From Candidatus Iainarchaeum sp. (GTDB lineage: Archaea > B1Sed10-29), in the NCBI GenBank assembly GCA_003553825.1, contig PWFL01000023.1:1-25198 (forward strand): a stretch of DNA of 25,198 nucleotides, written 5' to 3'. A program made the position numbers and the translations under genes. Below the pieces are notes generated by a model that made no database searches, was not told the origin of the DNA, and saw only the letters and a list, made by a program, of their open reading frames with translations. Shown piece by piece: positions 23,270 to 25,198 of the stretch (its first letter is position 1; each line of letters opens with the position of its first letter).

Positions 23270-24304
23270 TTAGTCCTCTAGGTTTAACTTTATTTTCCCG
23301 TTTTTTACCTTGATGCCTAGTTCTTCGAGTTTTTCTTTTTTACCTTTTTTGAATAGCTCTACTGCTTTTGCTACTTTGTCGTAGTTTTTGTAGATTAGGT
23401 CTCCTTTTTCCTTGTTTTGCTCTATTTTTTCTTTGAATTGCTTTATGGATTGTTTTTGGTGTTCAAGGCGTTTTTCGAGTTTCTGGAGTTCTTTGCTCTT
23501 TGTTGTTTCTTCTTCTTTCTTTGTGTAGTTTTCATCTATTGCTTGGTTGAGTGACTCGTACTCTTGGTCAATTTTTGCTTTTAGCGGGAATGGGTTTATC
23601 TGGTTTTCTTGTTTAACCGGTTTTATTTCCTTTTCCAGTGTTTGTTCAATCTGTTTGTGTATTTTCTTTTTCTCTTCGTCGGTTAGTTCTTTTTCATCTT
23701 TGTCTATTTCTGCTTGTTTGCATATGTGTTCTGCTAGTTTTCCTCCCAGTCCTAGATCTACTGCTAGGTTTACCACGATTTTCTTGTCTTCACTGGATTC
23801 TAAGAGTTCCTTGAATCTTTTTAGGGTTAGTTCCTGTGGATTTTGTGTTTCGGATGGTGGGTATTTGTATTCTTCGTTTTTTATTATTTTTCTGTGTTTC
23901 CATGTTCCTCTTCTGTGTGCGTAGATTATTTTTTTGTCTTGGTCGGTTAGTATTAGGTTTCCTTCGCTGAATAGCTCGGCTATGAGTTTTTTTCCATTGG
24001 TGAATGTCATCTCTACTACTCTGTCGAATCCCTTTTGTTTTATTTCTTTTAGTTTGGTGTTTTCTAGGTGTTTTCTCAGCACCATTGAGGCTTGTGTTTC
24101 TTCTTTAGGTGCTTTTAATCTATATTTTGTTATGTTTAGTCTTTTTCCTGGCTCTATTAATAGATCGGTTGACCCTGGGCTGAACCTGATTCTGTATAGG
24201 TTGTTTTCAAGTTGTTGTATTTTGCTAAGGTATTTGTCCTCTATTTTTGGTTTTATTTCCTCTATTAGTTTTTTTATTGTGAGACTTGAGATGGCAGATT
24301 CCAT
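23270..24304 (-). CDS. NFACT/Rqc2 (RqcH/FbpA-like) protein, short form lacking the NFACT-R domain
   Basis: NFACT-N (LSKIQQ, LLIEPGKRL, MVLRKHL, GFDRVV, LIAELFSEGNLILTD, RRGTWKHRKI..Y.YPP), HhH-like LGLGGKLAEHIC, SLNQAIDENY, then coiled coil RLEHQ...KGDLIYKNY; stops at 344 aa. GGAGG RBS at 24313-24317. Confidence 0.9.
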   Translation of the reverse strand: MESAISSLTIKKLIEEIKPKIEDKYLSKIQQLENNLYRIRFSPGSTDLLIEPGKRLNITKYRLKAPKEETQASMVLRKHLENTKLKEIKQKGFDRVVEMTFTNGKKLIAELFSEGNLILTDQDKKIIYAHRRGTWKHRKIIKNEEYKYPPSETQNPQELTLKRFKELLESSEDKKIVVNLAVDLGLGGKLAEHICKQAEIDKDEKELTDEEKKKIHKQIEQTLEKEIKPVKQENQINPFPLKAKIDQEYESLNQAIDENYTKKEEETTKSKELQKLEKRLEHQKQSIKQFKEKIEQNKEKGDLIYKNYDKVAKAVELFKKGKKEKLEELGIKVKNGKIKLNLED

Positions 24305-25197
24305 AATATGTCCCTCCTGAACAGCGCCAGGTAGGCTATTCCTGTCATGGCTCCTACCAGGTGCACTATTGTGCTCGTTGTTGCTTCGTCTTCTCGTTCA
24401 ACTCCGTGTTCCACTACTTCCTTTTCTCTTATTATTTCGAGTAATCTTTCAATTGTTTTGTTTCTTTGTTCTTCCAGCATTTCTTTTTCTTCTTGTTTTT
24501 CTTTCATCTCTTTTTCTTTTTCTTCGAGCTCTTCGCAGGCTTCTGTTATGTTCTGAACATGGCACTCGTACTCCAAAGTTTCTTTTTCTTCCGTGTGGTT
24601 CTGGATTTCTCTTTCCGTTTGGTTTATCCGCTGTTCCGTTTCATTGTATTCTTCTTCTGTTCGAGTTACTTCTTGCTCCAGCACTCCTAGTTCTTGTCTC
24701 ACGTGTTGTTCAACCATTGGTGTTGCCACGTGGATGAATGCTCCGAATATCAGAACAGCTATGAGAGCTTTTTTGATATCTATGAATATTGCTGCTGCCA
24801 TTATACCTGCTACTGCGGATGATCCTCCTACCAGTAGTATTGGATCGGGTGTTAGAAGGTGAAAGACTAGGCCAGAGGTTATTGCTGAGGCGAAGAAAAT
24901 GGATAGATAGTCATAGGTTTTTAATTTCTTTTCTGCTATTATACCCATTGGTAATAATAAGCCTATGTTAGCTATTAGGTGCTGTGGGCTTAGGTGCATG
25001 AATGAATAGGTGAATATTGTCAGTATTTGGCCTGGTGAGGATCCGTATATTGTTAGTAGTTGTCCTGGTATGTATAGGTAGCTGTAGGCGAGTCTTAGGT
25101 AAGCCAATACCATTATTAAGATAAATGCTATTGTTATTGAGCTTCTTGGTAGGTTGTTTAGTTTTTCCTTTATTTTTCTGAGTTTGTTCTTGTTCAT
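24274..25197 (-). CDS. Rhomboid family intramembrane serine protease with a large coiled-coil insertion
   Basis: FTYSFMHLSPQHLIAN (HxxxxHxxxN), catalytic VGGSSAVAG (GxS), catalytic VHLVGAMTG, several TM helices. Overlaps the NFACT gene by 31 bp. The ATG is at the window edge, so an upstream extension cannot be excluded. Confidence 0.88.
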   Translation of the reverse strand: MNKNKLRKIKEKLNNLPRSSITIAFILIMVLAYLRLAYSYLYIPGQLLTIYGSSPGQILTIFTYSFMHLSPQHLIANIGLLLPMGIIAEKKLKTYDYLSIFFASAITSGLVFHLLTPDPILLVGGSSAVAGIMAAAIFIDIKKALIAVLIFGAFIHVATPMVEQHVRQELGVLEQEVTRTEEEYNETEQRINQTEREIQNHTEEKETLEYECHVQNITEACEELEEKEKEMKEKQEEKEMLEEQRNKTIERLLEIIREKEVVEHGVEREDEATTSTIVHLVGAMTGIAYLALFRRDILWNLPSQVSQ

Positions 25198-25198
25198 G

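Noticed and set aside
1-25198. tRNA, rRNA, CRISPR or transposase genes
   Set aside because: All spacers are short and AT-rich with no cloverleaf or T-loop consensus, no repeat-spacer array, and no transposase motifs or terminal inverted repeats.

Overview
Gene-dense, AT-rich archaeal chromosomal segment. It probably comes from a DPANN-like lineage; this is an inference from gene content, short proteins and divergence, not an assignment. It is mostly housekeeping: the 3' part of the DNA polymerase D large subunit (DP2) carrying a 511-aa LAGLIDADG intein, sepF, cdc6/orc1, a Hel308 helicase interrupted by one in-frame TAA, NAC, an FKBP/SlyD PPIase, the proteasome beta + aCPSF1 (FttA) pair, AsnRS, an AK6-type adenylate kinase, a PRC-barrel (CdpB-like) protein, a short NFACT/Rqc2 protein and a rhomboid protease, plus several hypothetical membrane or exported proteins. 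I found no rRNA, tRNA, CRISPR array or IS element. Four observations stand out. (1) The DP2 intein sits directly before the catalytic CDGDED motif but ends in Ile-Arg instead of His-Asn/Gln. (2) An intact 388-aa ORF is a stripped-down O-phosphoseryl-tRNA synthetase (SepRS) homolog that has lost its class II catalytic motifs but kept the C-terminal tRNA-binding domain, and it lies divergent from asnS. (3) Hel308 is split by a single in-frame stop. (4) The rhomboid carries a ~110-aa helical hairpin in place of its L5 cap. All family calls come from motif recognition by eye and recalled reference sequences; no searches were run.
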